A DNA stretch of 64,000 nt from Saccostrea echinata. Lineage: Eukaryota. Below the pieces are notes generated by a model, which was not told where the DNA came from, did no database searches, and was given only the letters and a program-made list of their open reading frames with translations. Positions 37,839-51,907 of the stretch are shown one piece after another. The DNA lies in assembly GCF_033153115.1 (NCBI RefSeq), contig NW_026889771.1, positions 6,696,001 through 6,760,000 on the forward strand. Reading direction: 5' to 3'. Numbering within the stretch: position 1 is the stretch's first letter; each line of letters begins with the position of its first letter. The position numbers were made by a program, and so were the translations under genes.

Positions 37839-40800
37839 AAGAGGCCCATGGGCCACAACGCTCACCTAAGTAACTATGGCCCTAGCTTCTCTTCTTCATC
37901 AGAAGATTCTTTGTCTTACATATTTTTATGAAAAACTTTGATCACATATAATGGCCCCACCCTACCCCAGGGAGTCATGTTTTGAACAAACATAAATCTA
38001 CACTACCTGAAGATACTTCCATATACATATGACTAATCATGGCTTTGTTGTTCTGGAGAAGAATTCTTTTCAATATTTTTCCTATGTATTCCTATGTAAA
38101 ACTTTGATTGCCCTTTTTGCCCACACCATTCCTAGGGTTCATGATGTGAATAGATTTGAATCTATACTACCTGCGGATGCTTCCATATAAATATGACTAA
38201 TCTTGGCTTTGCTGTTCCTGGGAAAAAGATTTTAAAAGATTTCTACTGTATATTCCTATGTTAAAGTTTGACCCCCCTTTCTGCCCACCCTGCACCAAGT
38301 GGTCATGATTTAAACAAATTTCAATCAACACTACTGAGAATGATTCCATATATGAGGGGTGATCAAAAAGTTCGCGAACTAATTGCATTACTTCCATAAA
38401 AGAAATAAAATTAGGTTTCAGTGTGTATTACTTTTTAAAGAAGTCCCCTCCGGTTTCAATGCACATCTGTCACCGTTCTGCCCATGCGCGAAACATGTGG
38501 TCCAGGCGGTCACGTGACATACTCTTTAGCGTTCTATTCACAGCAGCAAAAATATTTTCCGAGTCTTATAAATATTACCATGGAGGTTATTTTTTATTAC
38601 AAGAATAGTTTCATTGTCACAAATGGCCAAAATCTCGACAATAGGATGGGTGGATAAGGATAACATTCACCAGAATGAGCATGGTGACCATCACAACCCG
38701 ACTCCTCTGTGTTAGATGCGTCGTATTTTAATGTGAATCTAGTATAGGAGCGTTCTCTTTATCATATCTGATATGTTTAAAGTCTTAAAAAAATGGTATT
38801 TTAGGGATTTAATGATTATTTTATTGTTAAGATATTGAACTACTTTTTTACTGTAACTTGGCGATTTTTTATAACAGATTACTCAACTACGGATGCATAC
38901 TTTCAATGGGCACCAGAACAAACATCAATTTTAACCATCTCCCTTCCTTCACTAAAACAATCAGTCCAATTAGTTGTTGAACTTCTTGCAAGTCCTTTGT
39001 CTTCAGAAACATTGTACAAATTCTTATATGCCACTGCAAAGGAATTTTCCAAGATATACCTTAAACTTTACCGCCATTCCATGTTCGAGTAAAACTGAGT
39101 CACACATTTTCTGTCACAAGTCATCTACCTTTTGACGTCATTTTAACATTGTGACGTCATAAACATGGACCAAAACATTACTGAACAGCTGCCATTTATA
39201 GAAGACGTTTATGACTATTTGTGTGCCAAATTTCATTCTGATCTGAATTGTGGTTTTGAAAATATAGAGATATTTCGCGAACTTTTTGATCACCCCTCGT
39301 ATATATGACTAATTATAACTTTCCTGTTCTTGTTAAGAATATTTTTAAAAGTATTTCCTTCATATTCCTAAGAATAACTTTGATCCCCTGTTGTGGCCCC
39401 AGACTTTTCCAAGGGGTCATGATTTGAACAAACTTGAATTTACATTTAGTGTACCTTAAGATACTTCTTTGTTACATGTCATATGACTAATCATGCCTTT
39501 GCTGTTCTTGAGAATTTTTTTTTCAAGATTTTTCCTATGTATAACTTTAATCCCCTCTAGTGGCCCCACCCTTCCCCAACCATCATGAATTGAACAATTC
39601 ACTTAGATATTGAGGATGAATTTCATTTTATTTTAAAATGCCCTCAATTTAGTGATATTAGATGTCGATATATTAAGAAATATTACTGGAAAAAACCTTC
39701 AGTTTTCAAGTTAATACAACTGCTCAGTAAAAATTTTAAAGAACTGTTCAATTTAGGTATTTACCTCCAATGCGCTTTTGAAGTACGTGAAAGTGTCACA
39801 AAATCATTTTCTGTCTAATGTATATATGGTCAAACTGTATATTACCAAAGTCTGTTACAATTCAACATTATATAATACATATGTTTATATTACCATGCCA
39901 CACAACCTTCTTTTGATGTTTGTTATATTTACTCAATGCTATAAGATGTGTGTCTTGGGCAATAAAGATTATATAACAATCTCGAACCTACCTTACCCGA
40001 GGATGCCTCTATATTAATATGACAAATCATGGTTTTGCTGTTTAGAGAAGAATTTTTTAAAGAAGATTTTCCTTTATATTCCTTTCTAAAGCTTTGATCC
40101 CCTATTCTGGCCCCGCCCTACTCCCGGGGGGGGGGGGTCTTAATTTAAAAAAAAAATTAGAATATACACTACCTGAGGACGCTTCTGTATTAATATGACC
40201 TAAATAACTGTTCTTAAAGACGATTTTTAAAGACATTCATTATATATTCTTATGATAAACTTTGATCCCCTGTTGTGGCCCACCCCTACCCCCAGGGGTC
40301 ATGATTTGAACAAACTTGAATCTACACTACTTGAGGATGTTTCTTTATTAATACGACTTATAATCGCTTTGCTGTTCTTGAGAAGATTGTTAATGATATT
40401 TCCTATATATTCCTATGTAAAAATTTAACCCCCTGTTGTTGCCCCGCCCTACCCTCGGGGTGATGAAATGAGCAAACTTGATTCTACAGTATTTAACTTT
40501 CGCATAAGTTTCATCTTTTCTGGCCTAGTGGTTCTTGAGGAGAAGATGTTTAAAAGGTACCTTCAAATTTTCACGAATTCTTATCTCCCCTTGAAAGAAG
40601 GGGTGGCACTTTCTGTGAATAAACGTAAATTCCTTTTACCCAAGGACGCTTTGTGGCAAGTTTGGTTGAATTTGGCCAAGTGGTTCTGGTGTAGAAGTCG
40701 AAAATGTGAAAAGTTAACAGAAACAGACGACAGACAGACGGATGTCGGACACTTTTTGATCAGGTAAGCTCGATTGAGCCTTTGAATCAGTTTCAGATAA
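37839..40800 (-). mobile_element. Helentron/HINE-like element with ~165-bp satellite-like array
   Basis: End aagaggcccatgggccac..cgctcacct. Recurring catgatttgaacaaacttgaatctacactac / atgactaatc units (38029 and 38193, 164 bp apart). ACAG/ACGG microsatellite at ~40720. Resembles oyster Cg170/HindIII-bearing elements (not verified). Confidence 0.7.
38353..39299 (-). mobile_element. Internally deleted Tc1/mariner element, second copy, nested in the satellite array
   Basis: TIRs gaggggtgatcaaaaagttcgcgaa / ttcgcgaactttttgatcacccctcg with TA flanks. Reverse-complement homolog of 4545-5501. Confidence 0.9.
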
Positions 40801-41786
40801 AGAGTAAAGATTGTGCAAAAAGTTAAACATGTATATTTAAGTGCAATTACAATTCAAAGACTGATGGAAGACAGAATAATGTCTGATTAAACTCAAATCA
40901 AATTTTAAGGTCGGTGTTACAAATTCTGAAAAAAAAGCAGATATGGTAAGGAATTTAGATGCTTGTACGGAGGGTATAAATGCTGGTGAGGAAGACACAT
41001 TCACGAGTGGCGATGCATTTATACAGGTAAGATACTTTTGTATGCTTGAGGGTTTCTGGTGCACTGTTGAAATTTTCAGATGGCTCATTTTATTTACGGG
41101 CTAATATATTTTATATTATAAATATAGTATTATGTTTATTATAATGTTTATTATATTGTGTAATTTAATAATTATATAGTATATAGTATAACTTCTGAGG
41201 CACTATGGACAACAAGGTCATTAAGCACTGGAGGTTAAACTTTGAATCTGGAGTGTCATTTCGAGAAAAAAGGAACATTGACAAAATATTCCAGGAATAT
41301 TAACTGGCATGAGTCTCTCTGGTCAGGTACAAAAAAGAGTTATCCTCATTGGTCTATAACCCTTTCACTTGCAGAGGCGTACAGAGAATCAAATTATTAC
41401 GTAACAGGACTAATCATGATATAATGCATAACAGACCTGGATACATAATAAGGATTTCCCCATTCTAAAATTCTAACGGTGTTGAGGTTAAGCCGGTACT
41501 AAGGGGCTGAGTCCGTTATGGTGCCAACCATGTTTTGATGGTTGATTCACAAAGCTACTCCCTTAACCTACTTCCTTTTTCTCTACTAAGATTACTGTCT
41601 ATCTTTATCATTCTTACTCATTTTAGCCTGGTTCCTTTCAGGTATCGAATTAGGAGATAAATATATACAGGTTTACGTTGTTATTTAATCTTGACAAACA
41701 ATTGTACTAAGGGGAATTCCTAATGATAAGTCACATATCGAGGAGACTTCTCTCTCTCTCTCTCTACTTCATGGTACACAACAATT

Positions 41787-43969
41787 ATGGTAAGAGAATT
41801 AACCACATCTATGTTAAAAGCTTTAAATTTTACTTTGTAAACTTTCATTTCATGTTAATAGACATTAGAATTTCTTTTGCACTGTGAAAGTTTTTTTGCA
41901 GTCTGCAATTAAGCTTTATTTTTTGCAGATGGCAGTATTAATGAATTTCAAACTCCTTCTTTGTTCCTTAATGGTGCAAATTTCACTAAGTGCAGAGGAA
42001 ACTGGAAGTGATTTTCACGCACAAACACGGCTTGGATCAATTTTTGGAAAACGTTTCAATTCGTATAAGAATCAAGGAACGTTATATAAATTTCTAAATA
42101 TTCCATTTGCAAAAGCTCCAGTCGGCCATTTAAGGTTTGCCAAACCATTACCTTATGGTGCATGGTCCGGAACTCTCAATGCCACCAAATTTGGTCCTGC
42201 GTGTTACCAAACTGAAACACGGTTCAATTTGTCAGAGGATTGTCTTCAGCTAAATATTTATGTTCCAAACGATTTCAATCCATCAAATAGAAAAAGCGTA
42301 ATGGTTTGGATTCATGGTGGAGGGTACGTAATTGGATCAGGAATAAGCTATGATGGCGGGTTTTTGGCCTTGAAGGGTGACGTTATTGTTGTAACCATTA
42401 ACTACCGTTTAGGAATTTTCGGATTTCTTGCATCAAAAGATTATAGTGCAAAAGGGAATATGGGATTATGGGACCAAATTCTTGCACTTAACTGGGTACG
42501 TTATAATATCCATGACTATGGTGGAAATCCACGGGATGTCACAATTTTCGGTGAATCGGCAGGGGGAACCAGTGTTTCTCTTTTGGCCTTGATTCCTTAC
42601 AACAGAGGACTATTTCATAGGGTGATTATTGAAAGTGGAGTTGCTACTTCAACGTTTGCAACAACAAATGCATCGTCATCTACAATACGAATAGCAGAGA
42701 AGGTGGGTTGCATTCATGATACTCTGTCTTCAAATGATGCCACCTTTCTGAGATGCCTAAGAAGTGTAGACCCAATGAAATTAATAAATGCAACTAGTGA
42801 ATTTACTTCCGAGTTAGGGCTTTTGGCACTGAAATTTGTAACTTTTGCTCCTGTAGTTGATGGAGAGTTGTTAAGAAGAGAACCTGCACTTCTTTTAAAA
42901 GATAAAACGTCATCAGAGTTTAATTTCTTCCAGTCACTGGATGTTATGATTGGCAACTGTGAAACTGAAGGCTCTATTATAGTTAGTTTATTACCTCTCC
43001 TACAAGACGAACTAACATTCAATATCAGTATTGGCATTCCAACAAAGGAAATGTGCAACACATTTCTAACGTATATATTAAGCGAAGATATAAAATCGAA
43101 TGATATGGTTTTCAAAGCCGTGTGTGAGAAGTACACAGTTAAGGAGGATGTGGCAGAGCAAGGGCGTCAACTCTTAAGTCTTGTGGGTGATTATGTCTTT
43201 ATCAAACCGTCCATTTCAACATTGATTGACCATTCCAACAATAACCAGGGATCCTCTACATATCAGTTTATGTTTTTTGATGAAAATTCGTATTTACTTT
43301 CAAAGGCTCCTTCGTGGTATCATGGTTCCGCCCATGGTACAGAATTAACATACCTTTTTCTCTATGAACAAGTTTCTTCAGTCATAAAGTTTCCGAAAGG
43401 TGCCGAAATCTTAGTAAATCAAATGAGGTCATACTGGACAAATTTTGCCAAAACTGGGTAAGAACAAAAAATTTATCGATATTGCTATCATATTTTATGA
43501 GTGTAAAATTTGATTAAACTTGCAAAGTTCAATTAATTAGTATAAGGACATGTCCATTAAAATTACATGAAGAATAAAGAAGTATTGTAGAAATATTGTA
43601 CAAGTTACAAATAGGTTCCTTTATTTCAGATTCAAAATTGCATTATCATATTTTTCCTAAGAAAACCATAAGGATGTTTCGAGACAAATTTCTTATCGTG
43701 CTTAAACAAAAACGGAATTCTTCAACATAAATATTTTTTTCTTTTTCTTATTGTATAATTTCAGAAACCCAAACGGTCCCGGACTTCCGGTTTGGTTGCC
43801 TTTTGATCGTAATTCTAGCCACCCTTATATGAGGCTGAGGTCACTAAATACTGGGATGGGGCAAGACTACAGAAAAGAGTACATGGAGTTTTGGCTTCAT
43901 AAAATCCCCAAAATGTTGTCTAACCCTGACTGTGATCAAAATAGCTGTGCTTTACCTGTTGTAGGATAG
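41787..43969 (+). CDS. Type-B carboxylesterase, PVVG-tail class, copy B4 (~578 aa)
   Basis: Candidate ATG|gtaaga micro-exon at 41787-41789; exons 41929-43457 and 43765-43969. Motifs HGGGY, GESAG, CETEG, SAHGTE. Ends CDQNSCALPVVG*. Confidence 0.92.
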
Positions 43970-45278
43970 AGATTTTCCTTGTATATTATTTATCAATTTT
44001 ATGCGGAAAACTATTTTCATATTTCATCTTAAACTTTGGAATTGGAGGCAGAAAAAGATTTATGAACACAAGATACAATTTTCTTATGTAATTTAGTCTT
44101 AAAATTGATATTAAGAAAATAATAAAGATATTTATATATATGGATATTTTGCCGCATTGAAGAGATCCAAGATTTTTCAAATCATATTACGAAAAGAGAT
44201 TCAAATCTATCTGTTTTTTCCTATAGTTTTTGAAGCTATAAATATCCTTTTTTAAGAAAGATCTTAGATTTTTTTCTTTAAACCTTTTAAAAAGAATTTT
44301 TAGATTTATTGTCCACTGTAAATAAAATTTTGGAGACCTTCAAAAGTTCATTGTTCAAAACTAATACATACTATGGAGAACGAAATAGAAAAAGAAAAAA
44401 CAACATGATCAATCTCTTGTTTTTTCCTGTCTATCTAGTTCGCAAAGTCAATTTAATTTAAAAACCTAAACATAATCTAGTTTTCATAGATTAAGTATTA
44501 TAGTTTCCAGTTTAAAGTAGGATAATCTCATACTCAACTCATATTTGAGCCAATTTCATAACTTTTTGAAAACATTAAAATTCATGGGTACAATAAAGCC
44601 CAAACCGTACCTTCTTCCTTCTAATATAAAACCGTAAACATAATCTCCTTTTTTATAGATTAGGTATTATAGTTTCCATTTTGCCGTTAGATATTGTTAT
44701 CTTTGTTCTAGTTGTTTCTCCGACTATTTCAAAAGGTCAGAGTAATTGGGTCCCTTGGTTCACTTATCATTACCTCTAAATTCTTTATTATGTAAAGGGG
44801 GCATTTAAGTTCTGAAATTTATATCCCAGAGTATGCTTGTTTCAAAGGATAATGGCATGCCCTTATACATATGACACCATATAAGCGAGGACTCTGATGG
44901 AGGGGTTAGAATACCGCGGGATTTGGTGTATTCAAAATGGGTTTTCTACATTTTTGGCACACTTAAATGTAGTCATCTTTTGCTAAAATCGATATCGTAG
45001 TATGGTCATTGTGTAATAAAAATTTTGAATTCTTATTTTGACCCTTGACAGTTAACAAATGAAGTTGTTTATATTTTGTCACAAAGCAAAGTGGACATCT
45101 TCGGTGGACATATTCGCTTTCTTGCAAAAACGTTTTTTGTCATTTAATTTTGAAAATGGTTCATTTTTAACATTCTGGAAAGAGAACTCTAGATTAAGGT
45201 CTATTATATATATTATGCATAAGATTAATGCATGTAAAATCCTATTATTTGAATCATAAACCAGTAAAATACATGTGT

Positions 45279-45571
45279 CATGCACGTAGGATCGATTTTG
45301 AAATTTGGGGAGGGGACATTAAAAGGGAAAAAATCTTTGTCCAGCGCCAATCTCTCGGAGGAGTAATTTACAACTTCAAATTTTATTTCGGGGGTGGGGG
45401 TGAGGGTGAATGTTTTGGTTCATGACCCCCCTTACCCCGGGGAGGGGGTTGATCAGCCTTTCAATTAACATTTACATACTAAATAATGAAAACTTACGTT
45501 CAGAAAAAAAATTGAGAGGGGCAGGCTCCCCTGCATCCCCCTTCACCTTCAATCCCGATTTTACGTGCCTG
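45279..45571. mobile_element. G/C-run-rich MITE
   Basis: Ends catgcacgtag ... ttacgtgcctg; same architecture as 63081-63328. TSD not clear. Confidence 0.5.
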
Positions 45572-45814
45572 TTTGCTATGTTCACTTGACTGGAAGTAGG
45601 GTGCAAATGAATAAATTCCCAAAGCTATTTGTTTCAATCTTGAAGTTCTCAATCTATTTTAGTCTAATGTAGGAATAATAAATATTTATGTTCACCTACA
45701 AGGTAAAGTGCAGGTGAATAACGCAGTATTTTTCAACAATGTTGGAATTCAGCCAATCAGAGAGCTAGGAATTATTCATATAATAAAACACACTAAATTT
45801 TCAAAGCAAAACAC

Positions 45815-46008
45815 TACTGTAGATTACCAAATTTTCACAACACCTTACTTTTGCGAAATAGGTTTTTAGTGTTTTTTGACGGGACAAATATTCACCTATT
45901 CTGGTTATTGTTATATATAAAATAAACTAATAAAAATATACGAGAGGCTGAATTTTGGTAAAATGCCGCGAAATAATGTTCTCGCGAAATAAAAAGTAAT
46001 TTACAGTA
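45815..46008. mobile_element. TACTGTA...TACAGTA type MITE
   Basis: Imperfect TIR tactgtagattac / gtaatttacagta. A related element lies at 49719-49929. Confidence 0.55.
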
Positions 46009-47560
46009 TTAATAACACTTTATTACCAAGGCAACGGAACACGGTCGCTCTTTTTGCAAGCGGGAAGCCAGCGCCCTGTTTTACAATTTTCGATCCCGAC
46101 GCCTCTCAAACCTATGACGTTTAACATAGATTAAACTGATCCTTCGCCAAGCGCCCAGCTTTAAGACGTAGGTCCCATGTCACAATATCCTTTGGCCAAT
46201 AAAGGCTCTTAATTCTAACCTATTGCCTTGCATAGTTCTCTTGATGAGTGACATATTCACACAATATAAGACAGGCAAATTCCCAAGGAACAAGGAACAC
46301 ACATCAACATTCGCCTTTACTGTCATAGATACGATAGAACGTTGCATATAAGGGAAAAAAGATGTACTACGAAAAACAAACGATTGGCTATTTTAGTTTT
46401 CAAAATCCCCAATTTTAAGAGGCTTTGATAAATAATCCTAACATTGTCCTGCTTTTTACCGATCTTAAAATATCACTTACGAATGCTCCAATATAAAAAA
46501 TGTTTTTTCACTCGATTTTCATATGGCATACTTCAGATTAGCATTTTTGTCGAGAGATGTAAATTAATCGATTATATTTAGCTGTGTATTCTGTTTAGCG
46601 CTTTTGGCGGACAACAGCTTCCGCTTAATCAAGTAGATCGCTAAATGTTTTTTATACATATATATTACATGTAACATAAGTTTAATTCAGAAATGTGCTA
46701 AATCAATTGAAAAATACATGTAAATTTCCGCAGAATATTGTATACACGTTTAACCTCATACATTTACAGTTTATGAAAGGGGGTTAGGGATTATATACAT
46801 GAGAGAGAGAGAGAGAGGTTATCAACAAAAACATCCTTGGAATAGTATCTTCGTAAACTTTTTTTCTGATTGTTAATTAGTTCATAAAAGCTTAAACTAA
46901 TTATGAAATAAGACGTGGTCCCATAATTATGATTGGATATTTTATTACAAAAGCATTAATTATTGGTGAATCATTTTTTTTTCTCTCAACAATTTAGATA
47001 TCAGCTTTGATTAAATGCTATTCTGAAACAAACGCCGAAAGGGGAGATTCTTCTATTTGTAGTTAAGAAAAGTGTTTCAGAGTGTCTTAAGTTTTTTTTT
47101 TTTTTTTTACATCAATAATTAATACTACCAGTTTTAAGCTTTTACTCAGACATGACAACCAGAGTATGTGTTGTATAATTTATCTTACGAAATTTCATTT
47201 CATTCTTGCAAGGTATCAGTGTATTTTGGTCGTTGTTCTACTTTATAACTGACTATATATTATATAAGCACCTCGAGAGAATCATATTTTATCAGTGTTA
47301 CCTAGATACTTCTCCTGAAGGTACGTATTTATCTTATTTTTATCTTCATTTTTGTTTTCTTTCATATGAAAACAATAAATAAAAACGAATGTTTAATAGT
47401 TATGTGACCAACTTGATTAATTTTTAGCTGAACATCCTTTTTTTCATTTTGTTCTTAAAAAAAGTAATCACTTAAATTTTTGAGTTACTTTAGTAAATAG
47501 TTTGTCCGATTTTTCGTATTTTTTTTTTAAAATCACGAATGGGAATGTATACCAAAGAAG

Positions 47561-47588
<28 letters not shown>
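47561..47588. repeat. (AC)14 microsatellite
   Basis: Read directly; ~60 bp upstream of the B5 ATG. Confidence 0.95.
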
Positions 47589-47591
<3 letters not shown>

Positions 47592-47651
47592 TCTAAATGA
47601 GTTTATATTCAGCTTCTATATACCTCTAATTTTACCAGATTATTTATTGAG

Positions 47652-49558
47652 ATGGGAAGCAAAGGCTCACTCACGTTCCTTCTTACGATAACGCTCATAT
47701 CAGCAAAGTGCATTATTGATACCACAGCTGAGGAAAGTGAAGTTGAAATCCAAACAAGACTTGGAAATGTATTAGGAGTACGGCACAGCACTTTCATGAA
47801 TAAGGGAACAATTTATAAATTTCTCGATATACCATATGGTAAAGCCCCGGTAGGTCATTTACGGTTTCAAAAACCTCAGCATTTTGGAGCTTGGTCAAAG
47901 ACCCTTAATGCAACGACACTAGGCCCTGTTTGTTATCAATCACAAAACCAGTCAACAACATATCCAGGATTTACTGAAGATTGTCTCAAGTTAAATATTT
48001 ACGTCCCAAATGATATAAACTCTTCAAACAGCAAATCAGTTATGGTTTGGTTTCATGGGGGTGCATTTATATCCGGTTCCGGAGGCATGTATGATGGAAG
48101 TATGCTTTCTCTAGTAGGAGATGTGATTATAGTGACAATAAATTATCGTCTGGGAATATTTGGATTCTTTGCTTCGAGAAATAACAAGGCAAAAGGAAAT
48201 GCCGGGCTTTGGGACCAGAAAATGGCTCTAAACTGGATAAGATATAACATAAAAGACTATGGCGGAAATCCTGATGATATAACAATATTTGGGGAATCAG
48301 CTGGAGGATCCAGTGTGTCCTTCCAATCTTTAATACCTAGCAACAGAGGACTTTTTCACAGAGTAATTGCTCAAAGTGGAACTGCCAATTCTTACCTTGC
48401 AGTATCCAATGCAACAATATCTACCATTGCAGTTGGCAAAAAAGTTGGTTGTACTCACGATTACCACTCAGGGAATGATCATAACTTTATTGAATGCTTA
48501 AAAGCTGTAGATGCAATTGATCTTGTAAAAGCAATGGATATAGTTTGGATGGACTTAGAATTGAACGCTCTTGTAACACTTCCTTTTTCCCCGACAGTTG
48601 ACGGTGAACTCATTCGTAAGGATCCAATTCATTTACTGACAGACAGGTCGTCACCAGAATTCAACTTTTTTCAATCACTGGACATGATGATTGGAATTTG
48701 TGATAATGACGGTTCCCTGGCAATGAGCTTCTTACCTTTTTATCAATCAAAATTAAACTTTAATTTCAGTGAAGGTGTACCAACAAGTGAGTTGTGCAAT
48801 GCTATCGTACCTGTATTCTCAAAATCTTTATACAACAGCAGTGGCGATGTTTCAAATGCAATTTGCAGGAAGTACTCTACAGTAAACAACATTGAAGAAC
48901 AAGGTCGAGAATTTTTGCACATGTACGGTGACGCTACGTTTATTGCCCCTGCAGCACTTGCTCTAGAATATCATGCAAATAGTATTCAGGGAACAACAAC
49001 ATATCAGTTCGTGTTTTCCGATGAATTACCTTCAATTAATCCCTTAGCACCTTCATGGTATCGTGGATCTGCGCATGCAACTGATGTCTTTTACTTATTT
49101 TTTTATGAACAAGTTAAAACAATCTATGACTGGCCCAAAGGAGCTGACGTATTAGTGAACCGGATGAGACAATACTGGACCAACTTTGCAAAGACTGGGT
49201 AATCTATTTCAAATTAAATGCATATTTTAAAGTAAACTTCTATTACATGTACACCAATTTAAAAATTAAGTCATATAAGAAAAAGAAATTAAGGATATAA
49301 TGATACCGAGATAATTGTGATTTTTGAAGATTAATTTTTTCTTTTTCTCTATCAAGGAACCCTAACGGACAAGGTTTGCCAAACTGGAATCCATTTGATG
49401 ACAGCCCGTCACGTCCATACATGAGCCTCCAATCCTTGATGACATCAATGAGCACAAGTTACAGGAAATCCTATATAGATTTCTGGAATAATGGTTTGCC
49501 TAACATACTGCAAAATGGATGTAACCCTAAAAGTTGTATTATGCCAGTTGTTGGTTAA
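47652..49558 (+). CDS. Type-B carboxylesterase, PVVG-tail class, Asp-triad copy B5 (582 aa)
   Basis: Exons 47652-49198 and 49357-49558. Motifs TEDCL, HGGAF, GESAG, CDNDG, SAHATD. Ends CNPKSCIMPVVG*. Probable 5'UTR donor at ~47321. Confidence 0.93.
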
Positions 49559-50270
49559 TTTTTTGGTGATGATATTTCTGTTTTAATTTCATAAAGGTAA
49601 TTATATGAATTTTAAAAAAATTCCTTATCAAATACTTGAAAAATCACTAAGTCAGGGAAAATGATTCAAAAACTTAGTAACTATAACATCAAATAGGCAA
49701 ACCTGTACCATACCATTATACTGTAAATCATATTTTCAACGGGTCAGCTTCTCGTGGTTTGAAGAAAAACTATGGGTTCTATTGATTTCTATTTCTATTG
49801 ATTTCGTAAAAGAAGAACTGTTGAGTAGTTACGTATATTTTGTGATGGACATGAATTCGTAGGTTTCTTCGTACCTTGAAAACAACGAAAATTACCCCCC
49901 CCCCCTCGAAAATTAGTGATTTCACAATATACAATGATATATCTTTTTACTACTAATTTTTACTTTGCACACTTTTATTGAATGTCAGAAATCTTTTATT
50001 ACACGAATTTCCTGTTAGCACGATGTACTCAATTAATAAAACTGAATTCTATTTTATTCAGACAAGATCGTTTGAAGTTTACCCTGGTGACGGAGTTCAT
50101 TGTAATTTACGCAATTCTAATCGATTAAAGAAAAACCATGTGGCTTATTCTGAAACAATCACATAATCTGCTGAAATGATATTGTAAACCTCGAATTTAA
50201 AAAAAAAAAAGAAAAAAAAACTGCATGATTGAGTAAGCATGATGTTATTTTGTAAGTAATCAGTTACCAT

Positions 50271-50563
50271 TACGGAAGCCCATTGAAGCCAGTTCAGAGA
50301 AAGAAGTATTTTTTATTGCGTTTAAACGCAAAACATTGCATTTAATCGCAAAGTTATTGCGTGTAAACGCAAAAGATTGCGTTTAATCGCAATCTTTTGC
50401 GATTAAACGCAAAGTGTTTTGCGTTTAAACGCAATATACATTGCGATTAAACGCAATCTTTTGCGTTTAAACGCAATGATTATTGCTATTAAGCGCAATG
50501 TTTTGCGTTTAAACGCAATAAAAAATATTTCTTTCTCTGAACTGGCCTCAACGGGCTTCCGTA
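50271..50563. mobile_element. Foldback MITE built from ~22-bp palindromic units
   Basis: TIR tacggaagccc.ttga.gccagttcagagaaagaa..., interior made of ttgcgtttaaacgcaa units. The whole element is self-complementary. Confidence 0.85.
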
Positions 50564-51759
50564 TAACATTGATAATTTTAATACAATTTTTTAAGTCTGC
50601 ACTCAAACAGTAAAAATAATTTGTTTTAAAAAATGTCTTGAATAAAATTAATAACTGCACAGCCAATATTGCTTTATCAAATTACAGTAAATTGAAATAA
50701 AAATTAAATCACTGATAGCAAAATTCATCGCATTTGAGTTTAAGAATTTACAAAGTTCACGGACCTACCTATATCTGTTCTTCTCTCTCGATGATGCTTA
50801 AGGTTTGTTGACAATTCCTTTTGTTAGTGGTCAGAAAAAAAAATCAATTTTAAATACTAAATGAACATGAACCTAAAACTTGGGAAAAAAATTAAGATAG
50901 ACAAGGTAATAATTCTTTCAGCTGGGTCATATTCCGTAATACATATCTATGGTGGACAATTCCTTACAGTCGTTTACAATATTAAGGAATAAATTGATTA
51001 TTGCTGGATAAAGTAAATTATTATGTAGTCTATAAATAGTCCCTATATAAGCTATACAAGCGCAAACAGTTCATAATACTACATATTCACTGGATTTGAG
51101 GCCGTATTCACCGGAAGGTGAGTGCGCGTGCAGCGGCATTGTGACGTCACAATCAATACCTCAAACACTGTTGAAAACAATGGTTGCAACGGCCGGAGCC
51201 AGCTGTATATCTGAACAGGAAAAATGTTGGGCAAGTCTATCGCAGAATTATTTTCCAAACATTTCGATGACTTACACACAGCAAAAGGAAAACACGAAGT
51301 GTTAAGCCAGAAAAATATCAATATTTACCTCGGCTTCGCCTCGATCAATATTGATATTTTTCTGGTGAACAATAAACCATATTCACCACCGAAAGAGTCC
51401 ATAATTGTATAATATTCTTTCCATTATGAAATAACCCCTTACTGATTATTCAGTTTTATTTATATACTCAGTATATATGTATGTGTAACTTTTATGAACA
51501 TTCTTTTCTGGTGTTATATACTATGTTTTATAATACTGATGATTCAATGAAAGATTTATTGTTTCTTCAATATTATTTTCTCCCTTTTTCTACTCAATTT
51601 TCAAAATCTATCGAATCGATCTTAATCAAATTAAATTTTTCAACGATAGTTAATCTGACATCAGAGAGATTTTTTTGACACCAATTCCAGTTCTGATTGG
51701 TCGCCTAATATCAGATATGTAACCTTTTTGTGTAGAAAAGATCTCAGAACTATTTAAGG

Positions 51760-51852
51760 TAAATGCTAGGAACAGGTCTAAATTTGCAGTCCTTCATCAG
51801 CAAGTGATGGGGTCTGTATTTGAGTGAAAAATTCCCGAACGTTAAACAAGCA

Positions 51853-51904
<52 letters not shown>
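51760..51904 (+). mobile_element. SINE-like 3' fragment with 49-nt poly(A)
   Basis: Reverse complement of the 29586-29716 family, followed by an A run at 51856-51904. Confidence 0.6.

Positions 51905-51907
<3 letters not shown>

Noticed and set aside
42714-43136. Antisense ORFs over esterase and pol exons (also 34315-34767, 23961-24233, 1982-2368)
   Set aside because: Shadow ORFs of real coding sequence with no recognisable motifs.
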